Below are positions 8,551-15,095 of a stretch of 32,000 nucleotides of DNA, one piece after another (position 1 is the stretch's first letter; each line of letters begins with the position of its first letter). The stretch is from assembly GCA_963663995.1 (NCBI GenBank), contig OY760660.1:930001-962000 (forward strand), given 5' to 3'. The position numbers and the translations under genes were made by a program. The notes beneath the pieces are model-generated. The model was not told where the DNA came from. It was given only the letters and a program-made list of their open reading frames with translations, and did no database searches. This stretch comes from Erysipelotrichaceae bacterium (GTDB taxonomy: Bacteria; Bacillota_I; Bacilli_A; Erysipelotrichales; Erysipelotrichaceae).

Positions 8551-8562
8551 AGTTTCGTTAAA
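8529..8562. repeat. three direct TTTCGT(T/C) repeats
   Basis: TTTCGTCTAA starts at 8529, TTTCGTTACAA at 8540 and TTTCGTTAAA at 8553, giving spacings of 11 and 13 bp. The repeats overlap the promoter above. Confidence 0.6.
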
Positions 8563-8572
8563 CTACAATCAA

Positions 8573-8684
8573 GTTGAAAGGATAAATCTATCATCACTCC
8601 CAATCAAAACCAAAACTTGTTTCTTCTTGCATGGTTTTGACTAACAAAAGTATGATTCCCTACATAAATATTTATCCTTTCAAC
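8573..8684. repeat. nested inverted-repeat element (15-bp perfect outer arms)
   Basis: The outer arms are GTTGAAAGGATAAAT (8573-8587) and ATTTATCCTTTCAAC (8670-8684). The inner pairs are ATCAT/ATGAT (8590-8594 and 8652-8656) and TCAAAACCA/TGGTTTTGA (8604-8612 and 8632-8640). The core contains TTGCAT-N18-TATGAT (8627-8632 and 8651-8656). Confidence 0.85.
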
Positions 8685-8707
8685 CCTTTATTGTGGGAGA
8701 CAACAAA

Positions 8708-9432
8708 ATGATAAAAAAATTATTCTAATCTTAAGCATTGCCTTAGTTGTATTTGGCGTCGTTTACTATATTGAAATAGACGAAGAAACACATGGTGAAA
8801 ACGAAGGCATAAGTCTTAACTTAAGTAGCGAAGAAAGTATTAATGCAGAAGATGCTTATAGTATTAGTGGAAATACAAGCTTCTTAGAAGTATCACAGAT
8901 ATTTAATATTGATGAAAGAGTTTTAAGAGAAGCTTTTTGTATAGAAGATGATTTAGACTTAGCACAATTTGAAACACGTGACTTAGAACATTACTATCAA
9001 AACTTGGATGAATCCGTTGAAGTCGGAAATGAAGCTGTTCAAGGCTTTGTCGCAATATATAAAGGCTTAGCGTTTGAATTAGAAGATATCTACCTAACTA
9101 AGCAAGGCATAGAACTTTTAAAGACTGAAGGAAAATTAAATAATGAACAAAATGATTATTTCGAATCATATATGGTTGAAATCACTGAAGTTAGTTTAGC
9201 TGAAGTAGATCTTGATGATAGCTCTCAAGTAAATTACTCCGGTAATACTAGTCTACAAGATGTGATTAACTCTGGCATATCACAAGCAGAGATTGAAGCT
9301 ATATCAGGGATTACAATTACCAATACCAGCCTATTACTAAGAGATTATGCTGAAGATAATGGATTATCTTATGGTGGACTTAAAGAAGATTTACAAGCCT
9401 TTTATGAAGAAAACATACATTTAAGTGAATAA
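8708..9432 (+). pseudogene. frameshift-interrupted gene for an acidic membrane-anchored protein (A7 tract at codon 4)
   Basis: RBS GGGAGA (8695-8700) and ATG 8708 give only MIKKLF*. The frame ending at 9432 is open from 8668 but has no ATG, GTG or TTG before 9004. Directly after the A7 run (8713-8719) it encodes a TM helix. One extra A, or a -1 slip, gives MIKKIILILSIALVVFGVVYYIEIDEE...IHLSE (about 241 aa). Confidence 0.75.
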
Positions 9433-9491
9433 AACAAAAATAACAAACTTAAGTCATATTATTGTCACAATTGATTGTTAAGATATATCTG

Positions 9492-9574
9492 TATTCAAAG
9501 AGACGGGTCAGTATCCTTGCACAATAAGACAAGTAAAACACCCATAACCCCATTTGATCCACTCTCTTTGAATA
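9492..9574. repeat. 12-bp perfect inverted repeat (long hairpin) in the 3' region
   Basis: TATTCAAAGAGA (9492-9503) is the reverse complement of TCTCTTTGAATA (9563-9574), with a 59-nt interior. GGGT (9505-9508) can pair with ACCC (9540-9543 or 9547-9550). Confidence 0.6.
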
Positions 9575-9606
9575 ACACTCTCCCTTTTTCATAAAATCCT
9601 CTTTAT

Positions 9607-9642
9607 AAAAGATCCAAATGGCTAACAACATTTGGATCTTTT
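9607..9642. terminator. bidirectional intrinsic terminator
   Basis: AAAAGATCCAAATG (9607-9620) and CATTTGGATCTTTT (9629-9642) form a 14-bp perfect stem with an 8-nt loop. T-rich sequence follows on both strands. It sits 3 nt after the HicA-like stop and about 175 nt after the + gene stop. Confidence 0.85.
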
Positions 9643-9644
9643 AT

Positions 9645-9878
9645 TTATCTATTTTTCACTAAATCAATAAAATCTTTTAAAGCTAAGTCACATGATTTCG
9701 CCATACTCGATAATGTTCCTTTAGGAATTATTTGATTATCTTTATGGTAATGAAAGGTCAATAACACTTTTTTTTGATTGATAAACCCGAAATAATGATT
9801 TTTCTTTTTCCCCTTCATAATAAAATGATTCGATTCTAAAAACTTTCTCAATTCACCTTGTGACACAGAATCAGCCAA
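9645..9878 (-). CDS. hicA: HicA-like mRNA interferase toxin
   Basis: 77 aa, with a TTG start and GGAG 10 nt upstream. It matches the HicA/YcfA pattern in order: ELRKFLESNHF, then KGKKKNHY (the GSHH position), then LLTFHYH, then IPKGTLSSMAKSCDL. It overlaps the upstream gene by 8 nt. Confidence 0.6.
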   Translation of the reverse strand: MADSVSQGELRKFLESNHFIMKGKKKNHYFGFINQKKVLLTFHYHKDNQIIPKGTLSSMAKSCDLALKDFIDLVKNR

Positions 9879-10305
9879 AGTTCACAATCTCCAAACATTT
9901 TTCGTTATTTTCAATATTCAAAAGCAATAGACCGACAATGAATTGTTGAAGTCCATCTAAAAAAACAGAAAATGTATCAATATTTTCTACATAATCTTTC
10001 ACAAATTCTTTTATCGCTAACAGATAAACTTCTTTTATATTTTCTTTTGAATCTGTCTCTGCCATTATTTGTGGAACAAGACTATGATATACCGTATATG
10101 TTTTTTGACTTTCATCATACTCAACAATGGTCTCGCCTTCCACTTTTAAAAGCAAACTCTCTAGAATCTTTTCATTTATCGTATAAGAATTATCTTGTGA
10201 GTTCTTATTATGTGTTAAAGATATAATCCCTTTTTTAACTTGTCCTTGAATATGAGCATAATGTGCACGTGTTTCAGCTACTGTGTATGTATATTTTTCA
10301 TTCAT
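9871..10305 (-). CDS. putative antitoxin (Phd/YefM-like N-terminus plus a HicB-like segment)
   Basis: 144 aa, with SD AAGAGGA upstream. The N-terminus YTVAETRAHYAHIQGQVKKGIISLTHN resembles Phd/YefM antitoxins. The middle part, YTVYHSLVPQIMAETDSKENIKEVYLLAIKEFV, resembles the HicB N-domain pattern. The position directly upstream of, and overlapping, the toxin gene fits an antitoxin. Confidence 0.45.
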   Translation of the reverse strand: MNEKYTYTVAETRAHYAHIQGQVKKGIISLTHNKNSQDNSYTINEKILESLLLKVEGETIVEYDESQKTYTVYHSLVPQIMAETDSKENIKEVYLLAIKEFVKDYVENIDTFSVFLDGLQQFIVGLLLLNIENNEKCLEIVNFG

Positions 10306-10326
10306 AAGCTATCCTCTTTTAAAAAT

Positions 10327-10366
10327 AGTATAAAACTTATGTACTGATTGTACAAGTTGTACATAA
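10327..10366 (-). promoter_or_regulatory. promoter plus palindromic operator of the toxin-antitoxin pair
   Basis: Read on the minus strand: TTGTAC (10355-10350), a 17-nt spacer, then TATACT (10332-10327). It is overlapped by TTATGTAC (10337-10344) and GTACATAA (10359-10366), an 8-bp inverted repeat. Two TGTACA palindromes lie at 10349-10354 and 10358-10363. GTAC cores start at 10341, 10350 and 10359, a 9-bp spacing. Confidence 0.6.
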
Positions 10367-10386
10367 TCTTAAGATATCTAATAAAA

Positions 10387-10406
10387 AAGCAAACCGAAGT
10401 CTGCTT
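10387..10406 (-). terminator. intrinsic terminator after phoU
   Basis: Read on the minus strand: AAGCAGAC, a TTCG loop, GTTTGCTT, then TTTTTTA. The 8-bp stem has one G-U pair and a UUCG-type tetraloop. Confidence 0.8.
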
Positions 10407-10412
10407 TACTGC

Positions 10413-11045
10413 TTAACCAAAATCGACGTGTTGTCCTCTGATTTCATAAATAATATGTTCACAGATGTTTTTAGTATGATCTCCAGCTCGTTCAATATTT
10501 CTTAACATACTCACAGTTGGGATCAACTTATGGACACTCTCACCATGATTTTCTATGTAATTGAGAAGTTGTTTGAAGGTATCATCAATCTTGTCATCTT
10601 TTTCTGGGATAACAAAGGCTGCATCAATATCCTGACTTTCGAAACACTCAATCGTCGCATCATAGAAATCTAAGAAAAGTATGCCTAGTGTTTTAATGGT
10701 TTCTAGTAATGAAGGATCGACTTGATCATTTTTAATGATAAAGCGCGCCATGTTTTTAGCATAGTCACCTATACGTTCTAAATCTGTTGAGATTTTAATC
10801 CCTGCTAAGATAACTCGTAAATCTTTCGCGACAGGATTTAATAAAGATAAGACTTCAATAGCCCGATCATTAATATCTTCATTAGAATTATTAACATATT
10901 CATCAAGTTCAATAACTTCTAAAGCATTAGACTTATCCCCTGTTTCCAATACCTCTAAAGCTAAGACATACATTTTACGAACACGAGATGCCATAATCTC
11001 GACTTGTTCACGATATAAGTTTAATTCAGTATCAATTTTAACCAT
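10413..11045 (-). CDS. phoU: phosphate signalling/transport regulator PhoU
   Basis: 210 aa with two PhoU repeats carrying the conserved motifs LERIGDYAKN and IERAGDHTKN. SD AAGGAG is upstream. It is the last gene of the pst operon. Confidence 0.93.
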   Translation of the reverse strand: MVKIDTELNLYREQVEIMASRVRKMYVLALEVLETGDKSNALEVIELDEYVNNSNEDINDRAIEVLSLLNPVAKDLRVILAGIKISTDLERIGDYAKNMARFIIKNDQVDPSLLETIKTLGILFLDFYDATIECFESQDIDAAFVIPEKDDKIDDTFKQLLNYIENHGESVHKLIPTVSMLRNIERAGDHTKNICEHIIYEIRGQHVDFG

Positions 11046-11057
11046 GGTTTTTCTCCT

Positions 11058-11813
11058 TTACCCAAATCGTCCGGTAATGTAATCTTCTGTACGTTTATCC
11101 TTTGGCACATGGAAGAGTTCACGGGTTGGACTTTTCTCAATCACTTCCCCAAGTAGGAAGAAGGCTGTATCATCACTAATACGTGCAGCTTGTTGCATGC
11201 TGTGAGTGACAATAACAATCGTATAGTTTTGTTTTAAATCTTGAATCAGTTCTTCGATTTTTGCGGTTGCGATGGGATCTAAAGCCGAGGTAGGTTCATC
11301 CATTAGAATCACTTCAGGTTCCATTGCGATTGCACGAGCGATACATAGACGTTGTTGTTGTCCACCAGATAAGCCATACGCATTATCGTGTAAACGATCT
11401 TTAACTTCATCCCATAACGCTGCTTTTCTTAAACTCTCTTCACAGATTTCATCTAGTTTCTTTTTGTTTTTAATGTTTTGACATCTCAAACCATAAACTA
11501 CATTTTCATAAATCGACATTGGGAAAGGATTTGGTTTTTGAAAAACCATTCCTACTTTTGTTCTTAAATCAACGACATTTAAATCTTGATTTAAGATATC
11601 TTTTCCTTCCATATCAATCTCACCATTAATGGTAACACCTTCAATTAAATCATTCATTCGATTTAGACATCTTAAGAGTGTAGATTTACCACAACCAGAT
11701 GGACCAATAAAAGCTGTAACAGCTTTATTTTTAATATCTAAGTTAATCCCTTTTAAAGCTTGTTTCTCACCGTAATAGAGATCTAAGTTCTTTATTTCAA
11801 ATATATTGTTCAT
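11058..11813 (-). CDS. pstB: phosphate ABC transporter ATP-binding protein PstB
   Basis: Walker [10 protein letters not shown], signature [14 protein letters not shown], Walker [12 protein letters not shown] and H-loop VTHS are present. The C-terminal [10 protein letters not shown] is typical of PstB. Confidence 0.95.
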   Translation of the reverse strand: MNNIFEIKNLDLYYGEKQALKGINLDIKNKAVTAFIGPSGCGKSTLLRCLNRMNDLIEGVTINGEIDMEGKDILNQDLNVVDLRTKVGMVFQKPNPFPMSIYENVVYGLRCQNIKNKKKLDEICEESLRKAALWDEVKDRLHDNAYGLSGGQQQRLCIARAIAMEPEVILMDEPTSALDPIATAKIEELIQDLKQNYTIVIVTHSMQQAARISDDTAFFLLGEVIEKSPTRELFHVPKDKRTEDYITGRFG

Positions 11814-11823
11814 ATTTTTTCAC

Positions 11824-13035
11824 CTACCAAGTTTTCTGTAAACGTTTTGCGATAAGCTTAACGCTGAAGTTCATAATTAATACAATTGCTAAAATGATAA
11901 TCGATATCGCTGAAGCAAGTTGGAAATTAGGTTGCTCACCCGACATCACCGCCCAGATTTGAACTGCTAAGGAAGTTCCACCATTAAGCAGTGTTGGATT
12001 ATCTGAGACAAAGGTTCCCATTGTGTAAATGAGTGCTGCAGATTCACCAATGATTCGACCAATGCCTAAAAGCGTTGCGGTTAGAATACCTGGCATTGCT
12101 GAAGGTAAGACAATCTTGAAGATGGTTTGTGAAGTATTCGCCCCAAGTGATAAAGAAGCATCTCTGAAACTTTGTGGAACCACTTTTAAACTTTCTTCAG
12201 TGGTTCGAATAATGGTAGGCATTAAAACAATCGACATTGTTAAGCCCCCAAGTAAAATACTGGTACCTGTTGCCCCAAAGGCAGCTGTGATGGGAAAGAG
12301 AACTAAGACCCCCATTAAACCAAAGATAATCGATGGAACACCAGTTAGTAATTCAATTGAATATCGAATATACGGAGTTAACTTATTTGTTTTTGCATAT
12401 TCATTTAAATAGATAGCGGTTGAGATTCCAATTGGTAAAGCAAATAAGAGAGAGATTGCAATCAGATATAACGTTGAAATCAATGAACCAAAGATTCCAC
12501 CGCCTTGTGATTGAATAAAGGCACTCTCAAGCGCAACAGATTGTGTATCTAAGGTTTGAACAGTTTCTTCAGCAGTCATATTGACCACATTACCTGCAGA
12601 TCGTGTTACCCCATTCGCATTCACATAGGAGAACTTTTCAACCCACATAGACGTACTGAGTTCAACTTCTTCACCTTCATGTCCTGCTTGTAATGAAGTT
12701 GTTTTCCAATAGGCAGAATTAGGATCAGCATATACAACTTCGATGACAGCTTCATTATGGGGATCTGTTTCATCGATAATACCCATTCCATAGGCGCTAG
12801 AGAAATAAACCTCATCCCCGAGATGACTAGGTTTTGTGAAATTCCCTGGCGTCACTTCATCAAACGAGACTAAATAATTATCAGACCAATATGAGCCTGC
12901 AAATAAATCAAAGCTTAAGGAGGAAAATCCTTTAGAAAAAATAAAATAGACAACTAAACTTAAGACAAGCACAGAAATAGAAGACATTAAATAAACAAGT
13001 CCATTGAGTAATCTATCTTTAACTTTACGACTCAT
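11824..13035 (-). CDS. pstA: phosphate ABC transporter permease PstA (with an enlarged first external loop)
   Basis: The C-terminal 220 aa form a BPD-type permease core (ESLKVVPQSFRDASLSLGANTSQTIFKIVLP). The gene overlaps pstC by 4 nt. About 140 aa are inserted between TM1 and the core. Confidence 0.9.
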   Translation of the reverse strand: MSRKVKDRLLNGLVYLMSSISVLVLSLVVYFIFSKGFSSLSFDLFAGSYWSDNYLVSFDEVTPGNFTKPSHLGDEVYFSSAYGMGIIDETDPHNEAVIEVVYADPNSAYWKTTSLQAGHEGEEVELSTSMWVEKFSYVNANGVTRSAGNVVNMTAEETVQTLDTQSVALESAFIQSQGGGIFGSLISTLYLIAISLLFALPIGISTAIYLNEYAKTNKLTPYIRYSIELLTGVPSIIFGLMGVLVLFPITAAFGATGTSILLGGLTMSIVLMPTIIRTTEESLKVVPQSFRDASLSLGANTSQTIFKIVLPSAMPGILTATLLGIGRIIGESAALIYTMGTFVSDNPTLLNGGTSLAVQIWAVMSGEQPNFQLASAISIIILAIVLIMNFSVKLIAKRLQKTW

Positions 13036-13967
13036 TTTGTACCTCCTATTCGATTTTTAAGAAGATTAATCGATAAATTAGAAAGTAAGATGACAATCAT
13101 TAAGACAATCCCAACAGAGAATCGAATATCATAATCTAAACCTTGAGTTTCTTTTAAACCGGCTAATAAAGTAGTTGTTAAAGTACGGGTAATATCAAAT
13201 AAATCAAAAGTCGGTCCAAACATCTTATTACCAGCCACCATCGAAACAGCAGTAGCTTCACCAAAGGCACGACCTAAACCCAAAATACCACCCGCAAATA
13301 TCCCTGATTTTGCTGAACTTAAAACAACTTTAAAGTTTGTTTGCGTTGGCGTAGCTCCTAAAGCTAAAGAAGCTAACTCTAAATCTCGATCAACTGCTTT
13401 AATGGCTGTAATTGAAATAGAGGTAATAGTTGGGAAAATCATAATGGCTAAAAGTAAGATTACCGCCAGCAAAGAACTACCACCCGCTGTTTGTACACCA
13501 AAATTAAGGGCTAAATCCTTAACCATCGTTACAATATAACCAGCCGCAAAGACCCCATAAACAACTGATGGAATAGACGCTAATATTTCAACAACGGTTT
13601 GAAAGATCGCTCCAATTCTTTTTGGGGCAATTTTCACAATAAACAATGCCGTTAATACGGAAACTGGAAACGATAATAGTAAAGCACTAAAACCAGAGAT
13701 CACAGTATTGATGACGATAAATAAAACACCATAAATGGCTTGGTCTTGTCGCCATACTGTTCCAGTTAAAAAAGCCCATAAATCTTGTTGACCAAATTCA
13801 TAATTCGGTAAAAATGGTTGTATCCCTTTTTGTGCGACGAAAACGATAATCAAAACAATCATCAGCGAACTAATGATGGCACTTGTCGTGAAAATCATTC
13901 TAAAGAAAGCATCTTGTTGAAGTTTTCGTTTTAATCGTTTTTTGTGGTCTATTTCATGTACTGTCAT
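13032..13967 (-). CDS. pstC: phosphate ABC transporter permease PstC
   Basis: 311 aa and multi-TM, with the permease motif AIKAVDRDLELASLALGATPTQTNFKVVL. It lies between pstS and pstA. Confidence 0.92.
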   Translation of the reverse strand: MTVHEIDHKKRLKRKLQQDAFFRMIFTTSAIISSLMIVLIIVFVAQKGIQPFLPNYEFGQQDLWAFLTGTVWRQDQAIYGVLFIVINTVISGFSALLLSFPVSVLTALFIVKIAPKRIGAIFQTVVEILASIPSVVYGVFAAGYIVTMVKDLALNFGVQTAGGSSLLAVILLLAIMIFPTITSISITAIKAVDRDLELASLALGATPTQTNFKVVLSSAKSGIFAGGILGLGRAFGEATAVSMVAGNKMFGPTFDLFDITRTLTTTLLAGLKETQGLDYDIRFSVGIVLMIVILLSNLSINLLKNRIGGTK

Positions 13968-14001
13968 TTTGTCATCCTTAACTTTTGAAATAACATACTA
14001 A

Positions 14002-14031
14002 AGACTTAAGCACACATATGCACTTAAGTCT
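14002..14031 (-). promoter_or_regulatory. intercistronic hairpin between pstS and pstC
   Basis: AGACTTAAG (14002-14010) pairs with CTTAAGTCT (14023-14031). No strong T-run follows, so it is probably an mRNA stabiliser or partial terminator rather than a full terminator. Confidence 0.5.
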
Positions 14032-14058
14032 GAGTGAATAATCAATTTTAAATCGCTA

Positions 14059-14994
14059 TTATTCAACATCTTCCCAAGAGCTAATAGCTCCTGTAAAGAT
14101 TGCATAAACTTGATCTTTAGTAATTGTAGTTGTAGGATTGTTCATTTCAACAATAACCGCAATACCATCTTTACACATCACACCACTGATGGCTCCATCA
14201 GCAACTGTTTCAGTATCTTTGAAATCACGTGAAGCAAAACCGATATCCGCTGCGTTAGCACCATCTTTTTCTTCACCTAAAGTACGTTTGAAACCATCAC
14301 CTGAACCTGTTTGATTCATGATGAATTCTACACCGGTAAGAGCTTGGAAGCTTTCAAGAGCCGCTTTAACTGCTTTTTCTACAGAAGTAGAACCACCTGT
14401 TGAAATAGTATAAGCACTTAAGTCAGTTGTTGCGATTGGGTAATCAGCTTTTAAATCATCCCAGTTAAGCGCATTATCGTATGAGACAATACCACCTGCT
14501 CCTTCAACCACTTCTAAACCTTCAACAGATTGTGTCATATAAGCAATAAATGCCATCACGACTTCTTCTTGTTCAGTGGATGCAAAGTCACCTGCTGCAC
14601 GTGTTACAAATGAGAACGGACGAGCGAGTGTGTAAGCACCAGATACAACATTTGCTTGAGTCGCATCTACACCTTCAAATTGTAAAGCTTTAACATTGTT
14701 CGCCGCAAAATCTGTTGTAAGTGAAGCATAACCAATCCCGTTTGTATCTTCACCGACTTTAACAGCCATATCACCATTACCAGATACTTCAATCGCATTA
14801 ACGGTTAATTCATCTTCAAAGCCAATAATTTCTTCATAAGCACCACGTGTACCTGATGAAGCATCACGTGTATATACGTTAATTGATCCTGTAACTGCTG
14901 TTGGTGTTTCAACTTCTTCCGCAGGGGCTGAAGAACAGCCAGTTAGGATTAATCCTAATGCAAGAAGAGGTAAACATTTTTTCACTAAATTCAT
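14059..14994 (-). CDS. pstS: phosphate-binding lipoprotein PstS
   Basis: The signal peptide carries a lipobox (LILTGCSS). The rest is periplasmic-binding-protein-like (RDASSGTRGAY, NQTGSGDGF). SD GGAGG is upstream. It is the first gene of the pst operon. Confidence 0.9.
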   Translation of the reverse strand: MNLVKKCLPLLALGLILTGCSSAPAEEVETPTAVTGSINVYTRDASSGTRGAYEEIIGFEDELTVNAIEVSGNGDMAVKVGEDTNGIGYASLTTDFAANNVKALQFEGVDATQANVVSGAYTLARPFSFVTRAAGDFASTEQEEVVMAFIAYMTQSVEGLEVVEGAGGIVSYDNALNWDDLKADYPIATTDLSAYTISTGGSTSVEKAVKAALESFQALTGVEFIMNQTGSGDGFKRTLGEEKDGANAADIGFASRDFKDTETVADGAISGVMCKDGIAVIVEMNNPTTTITKDQVYAIFTGAISSWEDVE

Positions 14995-15026
14995 TTTTCC
15001 TCCAGAAACGCTTTTGTTTCATCTAC

Positions 15027-15080
15027 ATTCTAGAAAAATATCACTTTAGTTTGATGTTGCTTATGTTAACCTTTTGTAAA
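15027..15080 (-). promoter_or_regulatory. pstS promoter with Pho boxes
   Basis: Read on the minus strand: TTTACA (15080-15075), N5, TTAACA (15069-15064), N5, AACATC (15058-15053), N5, AAAGTG, N9, TAGAAT (15032-15027). The hexamers have 11-bp periodicity, matching the TT(A/T/C)ACA PhoP-box architecture of Bacillus subtilis. Confidence 0.65.
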
Positions 15081-15095
15081 GATAAATTAATAAAA

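Noticed and set aside
8466-8572. A canonical ECF promoter (AAC-N16/17-CGT) for autoregulation of the sigma operon.
   Set aside because: I found only an imperfect GAAAC-N18-CGAA on the minus strand, whereas a sigma-A-like TTGTAA-N17-TATATT fits better. I cannot call an ECF promoter from sequence alone.
8560-8700. A target-site duplication or other transposon hallmark flanking the 15-bp inverted repeats (MITE hypothesis).
   Set aside because: The flanks (..ACAATCAA | and | CCTTTATT..) share no direct repeat, and there is no second copy in the window. The MITE reading stays only a minor alternative.
8631-8711. A 26-codon + strand ORF (MVLTNKSMIPYINIYPFNPLLWETTK) inside the inverted-repeat element. 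I considered it as a possible leader peptide.
   Set aside because: It has no SD, and its ATG lies within the inner stem and the -35 region. There is no supporting feature.
9449-9631. A small minus-strand ORF (60 codons, or 47 from an internal ATG preceded by AAGAGGA) next to the toxin-antitoxin pair. I considered it as a possible type I toxin-like peptide.
   Set aside because: It begins immediately after a strong terminator with no promoter of its own. It is spanned by a 12-bp perfect inverted repeat, which suggests RNA structure rather than coding. It stays unresolved, so I reported the region only as structured.
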